This document shows positions 1 to 10,106 of a stretch of DNA of 64,000 nucleotides, one piece after another (position 1 is the first letter of the stretch; each line of letters starts with the position of its first letter). The notes beneath the pieces are model-generated. The model worked only from the letters and a program-made list of their open reading frames with translations, was not told where the DNA came from and did no database searches. The stretch spans positions 935,112-999,111 of the forward strand of contig OY969425.1 of NCBI GenBank assembly GCA_963699255.1, given 5' to 3'. The DNA is from an uncultured bacterium (GTDB lineage: Bacteria > Margulisbacteria > WOR-1 > CAVSGV01). The position numbers and the translations under genes were made by a program.

Positions 1-63
1 GGCGAGGGAGCTAGTTTACTTATGCAATGTTGCATATATCCCAAAAGCAAAAGCTGTTCCAAT

Positions 64-756
64 CTAAGAGGTTTTACTGTTGATTTGATCAATCAACTTT
101 TGAATTTTTCCAATGCCAATAAAGTCATCAACATGTCCCTTAGCCTTTGCCCATTTCATTAGTGGCACCTTTACCTTACCTTTTTCATCTTGTTCTGCTA
201 TTTTATCGATATCATCCCAATAAGTCCCAACATAATAAAAAAGAACCTTCATATCATTTTTCAATCCTTCTTTCAAAAGAAGGCCATTTAAGATTGCGCT
301 TCTGATGCTGTTTGTATCTAAAAAGTTGCCCTTGAACTCAATGAATACAGCCGTACCCCCCTCTTTAGTTTTCAAATAACAATCTGCTCCAATGGTTGCT
401 TTTTCGTTATTTAACTTTATCTCCACATTCCTCCTGGCCTGTTGAATAAGACCACAGCGGGCACTGACTAGCATACCAATCATTGTTTCCATGTAGTGGA
501 CATGGGCATTTGCTCTTCCTGATTTCATGTTAAGCCAATATTCCTGTATCTTATTAAGAACCTCTTCTTTCCACTTTTTTACCTCATTGCTATCCTCTTC
601 AAGAATTTCCAGGCTTTTTCTATACCATGGATAAGCGCAAGCCGTACTGGCATTGCTTGGGGTACATTTTGGCTTCAGGCATTCAATATTCATTTCCTTG
701 AAATTTGGATCATTGATAATCCGGACATTGTTGCAGGGTTTTACATTGTTTAACAT
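64..756 (-). CDS. Hypothetical protein, possible PD-(D/E)xK-type nuclease
   Basis: 230-aa ORF; motif GADCY...TAVFIEFKG fits a D-x14-E-x-K nuclease signature. Assignment by eye only. Confidence 0.35.
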   Translation of the reverse strand: MLNNVKPCNNVRIINDPNFKEMNIECLKPKCTPSNASTACAYPWYRKSLEILEEDSNEVKKWKEEVLNKIQEYWLNMKSGRANAHVHYMETMIGMLVSARCGLIQQARRNVEIKLNNEKATIGADCYLKTKEGGTAVFIEFKGNFLDTNSIRSAILNGLLLKEGLKNDMKVLFYYVGTYWDDIDKIAEQDEKGKVKVPLMKWAKAKGHVDDFIGIGKIQKLIDQINSKTS

Positions 757-776
757 GAGTTATAATATTCGAAGTA

Positions 777-1133
777 TTACGAACCGCCGATGTCGCGAAT
801 GGCCTTGCTTAGTGAAGTCTGCTTAAATGCTCCAAACATATTCCCATAAAAATTATGGCCCCATTCTTTCCATTGTTCTGTATTTTTACAACTGAGGCCG
901 AGATTGTCCAGATAGCTTTGAGGAATCCTAAGGCCAAATTCAATGATATCTTTTAGTACTATTATATCTTTTTGAAATTGATCGGGGTTTTCGTCTGGAT
1001 CCGCGAATCTATTGCGAGATACGTCTCTAATAATATCTATTAGGCGTGAGATATCATCACAGGTATATTCCCCGACATTGAAATTCTCGCTTATTTTCAA
1101 GAGAGCTTTGGCTTGTTCATCATTGAAATCCAT
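777..1133 (-). CDS. Hypothetical protein
   Basis: 118-aa ORF co-directional with and 20 nt from the upstream gene; no recognisable motif. Confidence 0.4.
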   Translation of the reverse strand: MDFNDEQAKALLKISENFNVGEYTCDDISRLIDIIRDVSRNRFADPDENPDQFQKDIIVLKDIIEFGLRIPQSYLDNLGLSCKNTEQWKEWGHNFYGNMFGAFKQTSLSKAIRDIGGS

Positions 1134-1213
1134 ATGTTTACCCCCTTAATTATTCTAATGGATACTATCGGTTGTGTTCGGGAGTATAACACACAGATAC
1201 AATAGGCTCCATC

Positions 1214-1465
1214 ATGAAAGCAATGTCATTCTATAAACCGGACAAAGCACTGCTTAAGGCGATAGCGCAAGAATTCAAATCAACACGGCTAAAGAGAGGA
1301 TTAACAATTGAGGAACTTTCTGATCTTTGCGGTTTACATGAGAAGTATCTGCAGACTATAGAAAGAAATCACAGAAATATATCCTTATCAGTATTTGTCC
1401 AGATAGCGAAAGCTCTTAAAGTATCGCCATCTAAGCTGCTTGAGAAGACACTAACAGCTAGATAG
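1214..1465 (+). CDS. XRE-family helix-turn-helix transcriptional regulator
   Basis: 83 aa; LTIEELSDLCGLHEKYLQTIERNHRNISLSVFVQIAKALKVSPSKLL is a classic Cro/C1-type HTH; divergent from the neighbouring element genes. Confidence 0.75.
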   Translation: MKAMSFYKPDKALLKAIAQEFKSTRLKRGLTIEELSDLCGLHEKYLQTIERNHRNISLSVFVQIAKALKVSPSKLLEKTLTAR

Positions 1466-1476
1466 CTTCTGACAAT

Positions 1477-1800
1477 CTATATCATCCCTCTGGCATCCAT
1501 CACATCTTTTAATGTCTTATCATGAAAATGTAGGTCTCTTTCAATCCCCAGACCGAATTTACCCCTGAAGCTCTCAAGCTCATCAAGACTGAATGTGCCT
1601 AACTCTGCCATCTCTGGGTCTCCCAGGTTGGCATATCCAAAAAATATCCGGTCAACAGGATCATATTCAACAGCATACCATCGACCCCCGCCTGTAGGAT
1701 TAAAGAACTTCACTATAACCTTTATATCCTCTGCATGTTTCTGAGAGGTATCTCCCTGAGCTTCAAAGGCTTCTAATAGTTCCTTAGTTATCAGTTTCAC
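1477..1800 (-). CDS. DUF2958-family protein (plasmid/phage associated)
   Basis: 107 aa; MKLITKELLEAF...IKVIVKFFNPTGGGRWYAVEYDP...RIFFGYANLGDPEMAELGTFSLDELE matches the conserved DUF2958 pattern as I recall it. Confidence 0.6.
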   Translation of the reverse strand: MKLITKELLEAFEAQGDTSQKHAEDIKVIVKFFNPTGGGRWYAVEYDPVDRIFFGYANLGDPEMAELGTFSLDELESFRGKFGLGIERDLHFHDKTLKDVMDARGMI

Positions 1801-2149
1801 TGTTATCGGTCTCCTTCAGTGAGTTCTTGTAAAACTTTGTATCCAGCATTTGCATGTTATCGGCCACAACCTCCGCAAATGACCGCTTCTCTCCGTTCTT
1901 CTCATATTTGCGTATCGTCAGCTTGCCCTCGATAGCCACAGGCTTACCTTTTTTCAGGTATTCCCCACATACCTTCGCAAGACCTCTCCAGGCAACGACA
2001 TTGATGAAATCCACTTCCTTCTCTCCGTTCTTGCCGGATCTTTCTACTGCAAGAGCAAATCTTGCCACAGGAATCTCGTTAGTGGTGTATCTGACCTCTG
2101 GATCCGCAGCAAGCCGCCCCACAAGGATAGTTCTGTTTAAAGATATCAT
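1784..2149 (-). CDS. ssb: Single-stranded DNA-binding protein
   Basis: 121 aa; N-terminus MISLNRTILVGRLAADPEVRYTTNEIPVARFALAVER is the canonical SSB OB-fold start; strong RBS GGGAGGTG upstream. Confidence 0.8.
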   Translation of the reverse strand: MISLNRTILVGRLAADPEVRYTTNEIPVARFALAVERSGKNGEKEVDFINVVAWRGLAKVCGEYLKKGKPVAIEGKLTIRKYEKNGEKRSFAEVVADNMQMLDTKFYKNSLKETDNSETDN

Positions 2150-2301
2150 TTTTTCACCTCCCTTATTTCTTGATCAAAACAATAAACATCATCGGGCTGA
2201 TCTCTATAAGCAAGCTCTTCTTTTGCTTTTTGTTTGCTCTGAGCTTCGATAATATATTTTTGAACGGTGGTTTCAATTATTTCATATTTCTTCATTTTCA
2301 T
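2146..2301 (-). CDS. Small hypothetical protein (51 aa) translationally coupled to ssb
   Basis: Not in the ORF track (below 60 aa). ATG preceded by RBS GGGGGTG; its stop TGA overlaps the ssb ATG (ATGA). Translation MKMKKYEIIETTVQKYIIEAQSKQKAKEELAYRDQPDDVYCFDQEIREVKK. Confidence 0.3.
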   Translation of the reverse strand: MKMKKYEIIETTVQKYIIEAQSKQKAKEELAYRDQPDDVYCFDQEIREVKK

Positions 2302-2332
2302 TTTATTTCACCCCCTTTCTTAGCTCTAACAA

Positions 2333-2557
2333 CTAAATAAGGCTATTTACTGTTTCCACCATGCTTTGAAGTTTCTCTGTTAGCTCCTCGAACTTCTTTC
2401 GCTTGTGTTTATCTTGGCCTTTCTGGTTCAGCTTTGCCTCCACCTTTACAAGATAATCGTAGAGAGCAAAGTGAAGAATCCCTAGTTCATCAAAGCCAAG
2501 CTCCACAGTCACATGATTTCTGTCAACCTTTAACAGCTTCATGTCTGCCTCCGACAA
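2333..2557 (-). CDS. Hypothetical protein
   Basis: 74-aa ORF in the same minus-strand gene string as ssb. Confidence 0.35.
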   Translation of the reverse strand: MSEADMKLLKVDRNHVTVELGFDELGILHFALYDYLVKVEAKLNQKGQDKHKRKKFEELTEKLQSMVETVNSLI

Positions 2558-2782
2558 TCATCATATTTCCTAAATGTAACTCGAATATTTGTCGTTAACG
2601 CAACAGATACTCATTTAGGTCTTCCACATCCCACACTTAAACCACTTGTCCAGAGCCACTTGTCCAGAAAGTGAGAATGTATCCGCAGTTTTCGCCGGCA
2701 CTGTAAATATTTTCATCTCTTACTCTCCTGTACAATCGATTACTTTGATTGCCCCTCATGTGGATCCTGCCCTTTTATGCGA

Positions 2783-3004
2783 CTATACCTGCGTTCCACA
2801 ATAGGCACAGACAATGACCGCTGGTTCAAAATCTTCACACGTCGTGTCTCCTACCTCCGCTATAAGTCGGCCGTCAACCTTGTGGAATTCGACCTCTTGC
2901 GTCACATGCGCAAAACCTCGTTCAAAGAACTTTTTTGTGTTCCCGCAGTTTTGACACGTGTAAACTGCCTCACTTTTCTTAAGCTCTTGCTTGGTTTCCA
3001 ACAT
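2783..3004 (-). CDS. Zinc-ribbon protein (two CxxC pairs)
   Basis: CQNCG...CAYCG motifs; likely start is the ATG at 3004 (M7 of the tracked ORF, which begins on GTG at 3022) preceded by RBS AAGGGGGTG. Confidence 0.5.
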   Translation of the reverse strand: MLETKQELKKSEAVYTCQNCGNTKKFFERGFAHVTQEVEFHKVDGRLIAEVGDTTCEDFEPAVIVCAYCGTQV

Positions 3005-3141
3005 CTTCACCCCCTTGTACACTTATTTTAATTTATTTTATTTGTATTCAAATCGCCTCACTCCGCTTAAGTTCCTGCTTGGCTTTCAGCATGTTTACCC
3101 TCTTGAATTTTTTATTTTATTTATTTTTCAAGCTCAATACG
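2968..3141. repeat. Tandem imperfect duplication (2 x ~87 bp) of the RBS/start region of the zinc-ribbon gene
   Basis: Unit 1 (2968-3055) and unit 2 (3056-3141) align at roughly 75% identity; unit 2 keeps an RBS-like AGAGGGT, an ATG and 14 codons before a stop. Confidence 0.6.
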
Positions 3142-3726
3142 CATATTCACACTCGAACCTCTGCCAGTTATCTCCTGCAACCATCCTAAATCGAGCTGTA
3201 CGCGATGTTCCTGCCGCAACAATATCCTTTTATATCCTGCGCCCCATCTCATCTTACAATCGATTTTCCACGGCCCCTATACCTTGTCCTGAATGTTTTC
3301 GCGTTCTTCTGATCATTTGCGCTCTTACTGACCGATTGCCCCTTTATAAAAATCCAGAAGGAACCTGTGATTTTCACCTGGGCCACGACAAATATTTTTC
3401 TGGAACGGCCCAGTAGTCTTAATATTTTATTTGCGGCTCCTTTCTTCAAACCTGATATTCATGCTCGAACCCCTCCAAAGTATCGCCGTATCCCGCTCCA
3501 AACAGATGTTTACGCTGGTTATAGCATCGAACAATATATTTACCTTCTCTCGAAACTAACGCCTTGTATAACTGATTTTTCAAGACCCAATACCTTGCTT
3601 TTCTCTTACTTTCACGGAAGAAGGCCTCTTTTCTTGTTCATGAACAAGTATCAAGGCCTATTATCATCCTTAGTTATTAACCAATGTATTAATACCCTTT
3701 TACATACTTTGTATTTATAACTTAAA

Positions 3727-4584
3727 CTATTTAATGTCCTCATTTAAATATTTTAAAGATTTAGGCCTTGCCGGTGGGATAGGGATCACTCTGGAAACTT
3801 TTGTGGCTATATGTTTATTAAAATGTTGCTCTCCCGTCTTACAGAGAATCAGTCCATGTTCAACAAGAGAGGTCAGAGTTGGGGTTATAATAGGCACGGA
3901 TAAATGAGCGTGTGTTGCAATAAGGGCTTGTGAAGCGATTATGAGATTGCTCGGTTTCAACCCCCTCTTTTTTTCAAGCTCAACGATTCCGCAGTACGCC
4001 TTGAGCTCGGCCAATTTCAGATACTTCCACCATCCCATATAGAAAAAAGTCGGTATACCCATTCCCCGCATTGATCTTTCTCCATTATTTTTCGGGAAGT
4101 GGCTTTTATAGTAAGGGCAGTTGTCTTTGCCTAGAATACAGTACTGGGATAGCGGGCCGTTACATCCATAAACCTTATAGCCTCCTTTAATTTTTTGGCC
4201 CTCAGCTCCCTGCTTATATGCTGATGGGACACGATACTTCAATTTTTGTGCATCTAATTTTTCTGGTAACCTCGAATTCCATTCATTTAACTCTTGCAAG
4301 GCCTTTTCCTCAGGAAATCCATACTCCCTAAATTCTGTTGCGAGAATGAAGGCTGAATCATTTCTTGAGCCCTTAACTGCCCCAGTTGCCCAAAGGTATG
4401 CCACACAAGGCTTAATGACATCACAGGACACATTCAGTACATTAGACATATTTCGAACATGCTGTAATGCCTCAATCTCAGTATCGGTGTTTATGGTCTT
4501 TTCAATCATTGTTTCTCTAGCTTTCATTACAAGGACAATCCTTTTTACGATTTTTCTCTCATTCGGGTTTGCATGTATTGACAT
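3727..4584 (-). CDS. Replication-associated protein with PriCT-1-like (primase C-terminal) domain
   Basis: 285 aa; GSRNDSAFILATEFREYGFPEEKALQELNEWNSRLPEKLDAQKLKYRVPSAYK resembles the PriCT_1 helical domain of plasmid/phage primase-replicases. Confidence 0.5.
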   Translation of the reverse strand: MSIHANPNERKIVKRIVLVMKARETMIEKTINTDTEIEALQHVRNMSNVLNVSCDVIKPCVAYLWATGAVKGSRNDSAFILATEFREYGFPEEKALQELNEWNSRLPEKLDAQKLKYRVPSAYKQGAEGQKIKGGYKVYGCNGPLSQYCILGKDNCPYYKSHFPKNNGERSMRGMGIPTFFYMGWWKYLKLAELKAYCGIVELEKKRGLKPSNLIIASQALIATHAHLSVPIITPTLTSLVEHGLILCKTGEQHFNKHIATKVSRVIPIPPARPKSLKYLNEDIK

Positions 4585-4936
4585 GTGTCAACCCAATATA
4601 GAAAGTTCACAGCCTTCGTTGTATGATAAAAATCTAGGCACCAACCTCAAGCCACTTACAGGCGGTTGTTATGCCTCTTATTATTTATAATATGTCCGGG
4701 CTGGGTACCAATACCTTTTCTCTCAATGAACCTCCTCCCGTGTCTCAGTTACCTAACACTTTTCATCACCCTGTCACTGAGGCATTATTTTTCGCCTCCC
4801 TCTTTTTACGTGTGAATAGTGCTTCCTTGATTTGGGCTAAGCGCTTGTGTCAAGGTTGCGAATTTCGACATCGATATCTTCCAGTTCCCCTTTTGAATAA
4901 ATCGTGTCATAACAACTTCCTCCCCGTATGATTATT

Positions 4937-5392
4937 TTAGTGATGGTGGAAGTTCCCCCTATCAATTCCCCTTAAAAAGTAATCGTTTTTATCACGGATT
5001 ATCCACTTGAATGCAAAATCCTCGGCTATAGCTATGTCATCTTCTTCTCCAATTTCAACTTTTTTAATATTTTCACCGGATATCATTCCAGGTAAATATG
5101 CCAATATCATCATTTCCTCTTCATTATCTTGTTGACCAGATAAATATTTTTGAGCCTTAAGTAAGACACCTGCCAATTTAGCCCGATCAAACACCGAAGC
5201 AAAAGGATACTCGGCGTAAATGTTATCTTGTACATAATATTTGTTTTCTATTATCGCTTCATTCAGGGTTTTACCATTATCCATTCTTATTAATACGTCC
5301 ATCAAAGTATTAAAAGCATATTCCCCCAAAGACCCTACATATTCTTTTGCCCCGTCTTCGTAAATCACATAGATGTCTTCCATTTCAACCAT
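4937..5392 (-). CDS. Hypothetical acidic protein
   Basis: 151-aa ORF directly downstream of the ParB-like gene on the same strand. Confidence 0.45.
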   Translation of the reverse strand: MVEMEDIYVIYEDGAKEYVGSLGEYAFNTLMDVLIRMDNGKTLNEAIIENKYYVQDNIYAEYPFASVFDRAKLAGVLLKAQKYLSGQQDNEEEMMILAYLPGMISGENIKKVEIGEEDDIAIAEDFAFKWIIRDKNDYFLRGIDRGNFHHH

Positions 5393-5414
5393 CTCCTTTG
5401 TTCACACCTATTAT

Positions 5415-6722
5415 TCAGCGCCCTCTTTTATGCACCCCTTTATCTTTACGTTTGATTAGCGCTTCCCTGATTAGCCCTAGGCGCGAAATGATTGTGCCAA
5501 GGTTTTGAATTTCAACATCGATAGCTTCTGATCCCCTCAGCAAATCGGGTATTATAATTTGCAAGTCTTGGTCGATAATCATGTCAAGAAACCTACAGAT
5601 CGAGCCGATTGCTTTTCTATAATTCTGATAAACCCAATCTTCGGAAGTTTTACGTGTGGTTTCCTTATCAGCTCCCGGCATTAACATCTGTGAATCTTTT
5701 TGACGGATAGCTCGAATGGCATTCACAACATTACTATAGCTACATTTCTCAAAGTCCATATTCTCCGCCAGCTTTATGCGTTGATCAGGGTTAAGTGATG
5801 TTAATTGACTCACGGCTTCTGCTGGCACCTGACCCTCTCGTATCAATTTCTGCCAATAAGCATCTAAGTCCAGTACTGCGAGCTTGTTTACGAGTGCTAG
5901 TTCAGATAATCCGGTGACTTTCATTGCTTTTTCGACCTCCAAACCATCGTTTGCAAAATTTGCAAGCTCAGTCCCGCCTTCGGTGGTTACCTCATCCTTA
6001 CCCAATGCCTGACAAATGCCCCTTGCTTCCTCAATAGGCGTAAGGTTATCCCTATGCATATTTTCGTGAATGGAAACTTGTTTTGCCTTTTCGTCAGAAT
6101 AATTCTGAACTATGGCCTGTATCGTTGTTAAGCCAGCGATTCCATGTGCCCTGAACCTTCTCTCGCCAGCAACAACCTCATAGCCATCCTTATTTGGCCT
6201 TACGATTATTGGCTCGATAAGCCCAATCCCTTTAATAGACTCCGCCAACTCCCGCAAACTGGTCTCAGTAAAGCTTCTCCGAGGTTGGACATCGCACGGC
6301 GTAATCTTTGATATGGGGATTTCATGAACTTGGGCGATGACCTTTTCATTGTCATTATGGGACTGCGGATGCAACTCCTTTTCAATGGCGCTCACAGTCA
6401 ACTTGTCTTCAATGATACGCTTAACCCATTTGTCCCTTTCAGCCTGATCTTCTAATGTAAGCAACAGCCGGCATTTGGCCACCCCCAAATGTTGCATCGA
6501 TTCAACATCAAGTTGCTCTACTACACGAATAAGCTCGTAGGCGTTGGAACGATGCATATCGACATCCTTTTCAAGATATTCCTCGAACGTCTTGTATTTT
6601 TCCTTATACAAGCGGCCGTCTCGTATCTGCTTCAACCTTATCCCAATCTCCCAGCTATTTTTCCGGATATCGTTCCGCAAACTTACAATCTCATCAGTCA
6701 ATTTCTTTAACATTGCCATCAT
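5415..6722 (-). CDS. ParB/Spo0J-like nuclease-domain protein
   Basis: 435 aa; IEPIIVRPNKDGYEVVAGERRFRAHGIAGLTTIQAIV is the ParB N-terminal box. Confidence 0.75.
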   Translation of the reverse strand: MMAMLKKLTDEIVSLRNDIRKNSWEIGIRLKQIRDGRLYKEKYKTFEEYLEKDVDMHRSNAYELIRVVEQLDVESMQHLGVAKCRLLLTLEDQAERDKWVKRIIEDKLTVSAIEKELHPQSHNDNEKVIAQVHEIPISKITPCDVQPRRSFTETSLRELAESIKGIGLIEPIIVRPNKDGYEVVAGERRFRAHGIAGLTTIQAIVQNYSDEKAKQVSIHENMHRDNLTPIEEARGICQALGKDEVTTEGGTELANFANDGLEVEKAMKVTGLSELALVNKLAVLDLDAYWQKLIREGQVPAEAVSQLTSLNPDQRIKLAENMDFEKCSYSNVVNAIRAIRQKDSQMLMPGADKETTRKTSEDWVYQNYRKAIGSICRFLDMIIDQDLQIIIPDLLRGSEAIDVEIQNLGTIISRLGLIREALIKRKDKGVHKRGR

Positions 6723-7085
6723 CTCCTTTTCTTGCTGAACCCGCTCACCTGATTTGCGTTAACCTTTAACCGCCTCCCGTATCTATATCAGGATTTGTGG
6801 CGAGGAATTTCTTCGGTAATTCTTTTGATGTTTCCGTATGGCTTAGGGACAGTGGAAATACCACATTAATTGAAACTGAAGAGAATCATAACGATGCTAA
6901 TGAGTAGGAGAAGTGATTGACAGTAATTATTTCCCAGCCACCCGTGGTACACCCAACAGCCAAGAATCTGTGTAATATCATGGGCTATTTGGACACCATA
7001 GAAAGAAGCCGAAACCCTTTATTTATAAAAGAATCTCGGCTTTTTCTTGTTAATATGCTACAATTTAATAACTGTAGCGGGCAGT

Positions 7086-7237
<152 letters not shown>

Positions 7238-7348
7238 TTTTAAATATTATCTGCTTTAGCAGTAAAAAAGAAGGCTTTTAAGAGATTAATCTTAAAGTTA
7301 AAGGTCTTTTTTGTTGCCATCTAACAAATATCTAATATATACATACAC

Positions 7349-7376
7349 TTGACAAAAATCTCAATTGTTGTATTAT
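7349..7376 (+). promoter_or_regulatory. Sigma-70-like promoter (TTGACA-N16-TATTAT) upstream of the DUF134 operon
   Basis: -35 TTGACA at 7349-7354 and -10 TATTAT at 7371-7376; ATG at 7408. Confidence 0.4.
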
Positions 7377-7407
7377 TAGCATATGCCAATAACTAATTGG
7401 AATATAT

Positions 7408-7914
7408 ATGCCAAGACCCTGTAAATGTAGATGGGTTAGAGGAAGACCTAATTCCAGGTACTTTAAGCCGCAAGGAATCCCGCTGTCATCACTTGAAGAA
7501 GTTGTTTTGACTGTTGATGAATATGAAGCTGTCCGACTTGCGGACCTTGACGGTATGTACCAGGAAGATGCTGCAAAGAAAATGAATATTTCAAGGCAGA
7601 CCTTTGGAAATATCATTGAGGCAGCGCGCAAGAAGATCGCGGATGCGATAGTGAACGGAAAAGCATTAAAGATAGAAGGAGGTGTTATTAAAATGATGGA
7701 AAAACAATTTATTTGTAATGATTGCAAAAATGAATGGACCATGCCCTATGAAACAGGAAGGCCCATGGAATGTCCAAAATGCAAGAGCAAGAACATCCAC
7801 CGTGCTCCTCAGGATAGAGGTTGTAACCTTTCTGGCGGCAGGCAGGGAAGAGGGATGAGAGGCAATGGCAGGGGATGCGGCAGAGGATCTGGAATGGCTC
7901 AGACTGCAAAATAA
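7408..7914 (+). CDS. DUF134-family DNA-binding protein with C-terminal zinc ribbon
   Basis: MPRPCKCRWVRGRPNSRYFKPQGIPLSSLEEVVLTVDEYEAVRLADLDGMYQEDAAKKMNISRQTFGNIIEAARKKIADAIVNGKAL is the conserved DUF134 core; CNDC...CPKC ribbon follows. Confidence 0.75.
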   Translation: MPRPCKCRWVRGRPNSRYFKPQGIPLSSLEEVVLTVDEYEAVRLADLDGMYQEDAAKKMNISRQTFGNIIEAARKKIADAIVNGKALKIEGGVIKMMEKQFICNDCKNEWTMPYETGRPMECPKCKSKNIHRAPQDRGCNLSGGRQGRGMRGNGRGCGRGSGMAQTAK

Positions 7915-7935
7915 TAAAAGGAAGGTGAGCAAGTT

Positions 7936-8301
7936 TTGAAAATATGTATACCAACAACAACTAAAGATGGCATGTCCGCAAAAGTATATGAACACTTTGG
8001 AAGCGCGCCATATTTCACGATCGTTGATATTGAAAATGCTGCTATCGAAATATTAGATAACACTAATTCGCATCATATGCATGGCATGTGCCAGCCGATG
8101 GATGCTTTAAACGGCAAAAAGATCGATGCCGTGATAAGCGGGGGAATGGGGGCAAGAGCTGTTAATAAATTGAACCAAGGCGGGATAAAAGTATTGCGCT
8201 CAAATGGCCTTACGGTAGAAGATACAGTCAAGAACTATAAAAGCGACAAGCTAAAACCTATAACCATAGAAAGCGCATGCATGGACCATTCTTGTCATTA
8301 G
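7936..8301 (+). CDS. NifX/NifB-like (dinitrogenase FeMo-cofactor-binding domain) protein
   Basis: 121 aa; MKICIPTTTKDGMSAKVYEHFGSAPYFTIVDIEN...AVISGGMGARAVNKLNQGGIKV matches the Nitro_FeMo-Co fold family. Confidence 0.7.
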   Translation: MKICIPTTTKDGMSAKVYEHFGSAPYFTIVDIENAAIEILDNTNSHHMHGMCQPMDALNGKKIDAVISGGMGARAVNKLNQGGIKVLRSNGLTVEDTVKNYKSDKLKPITIESACMDHSCH

Positions 8302-8313
8302 GAATAGGGCTTT

Positions 8314-9318
8314 ATGAAAAAACCCTTTGCCAGTCCAGATAAACATGTATTGAGGTATTTTCCCTCATTTATTACCGTTTCTGCCGGCAGGGTTGTAAAC
8401 ATAACGGAGCCTTCTCTTACTTCATGTCCTCTAGCCTGCCATTTCTTCAAAGACTTTAAGAACAGCGGGAAACCGCACAGTAAACCAATAAAACAGATCA
8501 TTAAAAAAGCTATAGAGTCACAAATAAAGGAATATGGATTCTATACAAGTAAAAGACTGTTGCTTATTAGAGATATTACAACACCTTATGGCGCATCTGA
8601 AATATTAATGTGCACCCTGAAAAAGAAAGAGATCGATGCGGCTGTTATTGTCTGTGATGGAGCAGGGACGGTTATCACGGATAACGGAGACCTTGTACAG
8701 GGGATAGGGGCAAAGATGAACAGTTTATTCTTAACCTCACCCATAAAAAAAACTATATCCCGAATAAATAAGCTTGGCGGTCACGTAGTATCAGAAAGTG
8801 CCGCTATCGATCAGATAAAAGGAGTAGAGAGAGCTATACAAATGGGATATAAAAATATAGCTGTAACTGTAAATGGTTATAGTTCTTCAGACAGCTTAAT
8901 AAAGATACGGAAACTCGAGAAAAAACATAAGGTAAGAACAACTATTCTCGTCGTCTGCACAACTGGGGTTAATAATAGAATTGTGGCGAAAATAAAGAAA
9001 TATGCGGACATTGTCTGGAGCTGTGCTTCTCAGGAAATAAGAAAGGATATCGGAGCTGTTGCGTTGCTGCAGATATCAAAACCGATACCAGTATTTGTAT
9101 TGACCGAGAAAGGTTTGGGATTGGCCGCTGCATATGAGCATGGAGGATCTATCCTTAGGTCATTGGACATTAAAAAACAATATTTGATCTCAAATGAGAC
9201 TGGTGGGCGGCCAATAAAACTCGGGTTCCTTAATGCATTCTTATGTGAGAAGAAGCTGCCGGTGTTATCAAACACACGAACAATGCATTGTTATAAGAAC
9301 AATAGGATGGGCAATTAA
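8314..9318 (+). CDS. Conserved hypothetical protein
   Basis: 334-aa ORF tightly packed between the NifX-like and MBL genes; no family recognised with confidence. Confidence 0.5.
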   Translation: MKKPFASPDKHVLRYFPSFITVSAGRVVNITEPSLTSCPLACHFFKDFKNSGKPHSKPIKQIIKKAIESQIKEYGFYTSKRLLLIRDITTPYGASEILMCTLKKKEIDAAVIVCDGAGTVITDNGDLVQGIGAKMNSLFLTSPIKKTISRINKLGGHVVSESAAIDQIKGVERAIQMGYKNIAVTVNGYSSSDSLIKIRKLEKKHKVRTTILVVCTTGVNNRIVAKIKKYADIVWSCASQEIRKDIGAVALLQISKPIPVFVLTEKGLGLAAAYEHGGSILRSLDIKKQYLISNETGGRPIKLGFLNAFLCEKKLPVLSNTRTMHCYKNNRMGN

Positions 9319-9321
9319 ACA

Positions 9322-10029
9322 ATGGACCTAACCCTTGTAGCCGAAGGCTCAACCGGGTGGCAGAGGTTCATTAAACACTGGGGGATTTCCTTTATTGTTG
9401 GGGATGTGTTATTTGATACTTTCGGCAGAGATGTTGTTTTCCGGAAGAATATCAAAAAGTTCAAGATAGACATTTTAAAGATCAAAAAAGTGGTGATCTC
9501 CCATGATGACTGGGACCATATAGCAGGATTGGGAAATTTCCTTGTTCGTAAACCCGATGTCCCGGTATACATATGTAAGAATTCCGCTCAAAGCCTTAAA
9601 GAGATCATAAAGAAAAGCGGCAATCCGTTACATGAGGTTGATAAGCTTACAGAGATATCTCCTGATATATTTTCTCTGGGCGAGCAGCGCGTAAAAACCG
9701 CTCATGGAGTAGTGTGTGAGCAGGCATTGGCGGTAAGATCCGATAAAGGGCTATCAATAATAACCGGCTGCGCACATCCGGGGATCGTTAATATAGTTAA
9801 GCTTGCCATTAGGGAACTCAAAGAAGCTCCTTATCTGGTTTGCGGCGGTTTTCATTTGAAGGATGATTCTCAGGATGAGGTTATGAAGGTGATATACGAA
9901 CTTGGCGGGCTTGGCGTCAAGAAAGTGATACCACTACACTGCACAGGCAAGGTCGCTCAGAGATCGTTTAGATCGATATACGCTGATAATTGCATCGATA
10001 TTTCTGCAGGGGATCGTTTGGATATCTAA
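9322..10029 (+). CDS. MBL-fold metallo-hydrolase
   Basis: ISHDDWDH metal-binding motif and general beta-lactamase-fold organisation. Confidence 0.65.
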   Translation: MDLTLVAEGSTGWQRFIKHWGISFIVGDVLFDTFGRDVVFRKNIKKFKIDILKIKKVVISHDDWDHIAGLGNFLVRKPDVPVYICKNSAQSLKEIIKKSGNPLHEVDKLTEISPDIFSLGEQRVKTAHGVVCEQALAVRSDKGLSIITGCAHPGIVNIVKLAIRELKEAPYLVCGGFHLKDDSQDEVMKVIYELGGLGVKKVIPLHCTGKVAQRSFRSIYADNCIDISAGDRLDI

Positions 10030-10068
10030 GCTTATCCGCCCTCTATCTAACAACTCAACTCTACCGAG

Positions 10069-10097
10069 TTGACATAAATGCTCATATATCGTATAAT
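10069..10097 (+). promoter_or_regulatory. Perfect-consensus sigma-70 promoter (TTGACA-N17-TATAAT) for the ArsR gene
   Basis: -35 at 10069-10074, -10 at 10092-10097; ATG at 10107 only 9 nt after the -10 box and no visible RBS, implying a leaderless or near-leaderless transcript. Confidence 0.5.
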
Positions 10098-10106
10098 CTA
10101 GATATT

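Noticed and set aside
3022-3727. Small ORFs in the AT-rich stretch (2991-3416 plus, 3249-3449 minus, 3367-3720 plus)
   Set aside because: Mutually overlapping, low-complexity translations with no RBS; the region is better explained as non-coding with the tandem duplication.
7666-7995. Minus-strand ORFs overlapping the DUF134 gene
   Set aside because: Antisense to a gene with a clear conserved family signature and its own promoter.
9990-10106. The long N-terminal extension of the ArsR ORF as given in the ORF track
   Set aside because: The extension overlaps the end of the MBL gene and runs through a consensus promoter; the ArsR homology starts at the internal ATG at 10107.
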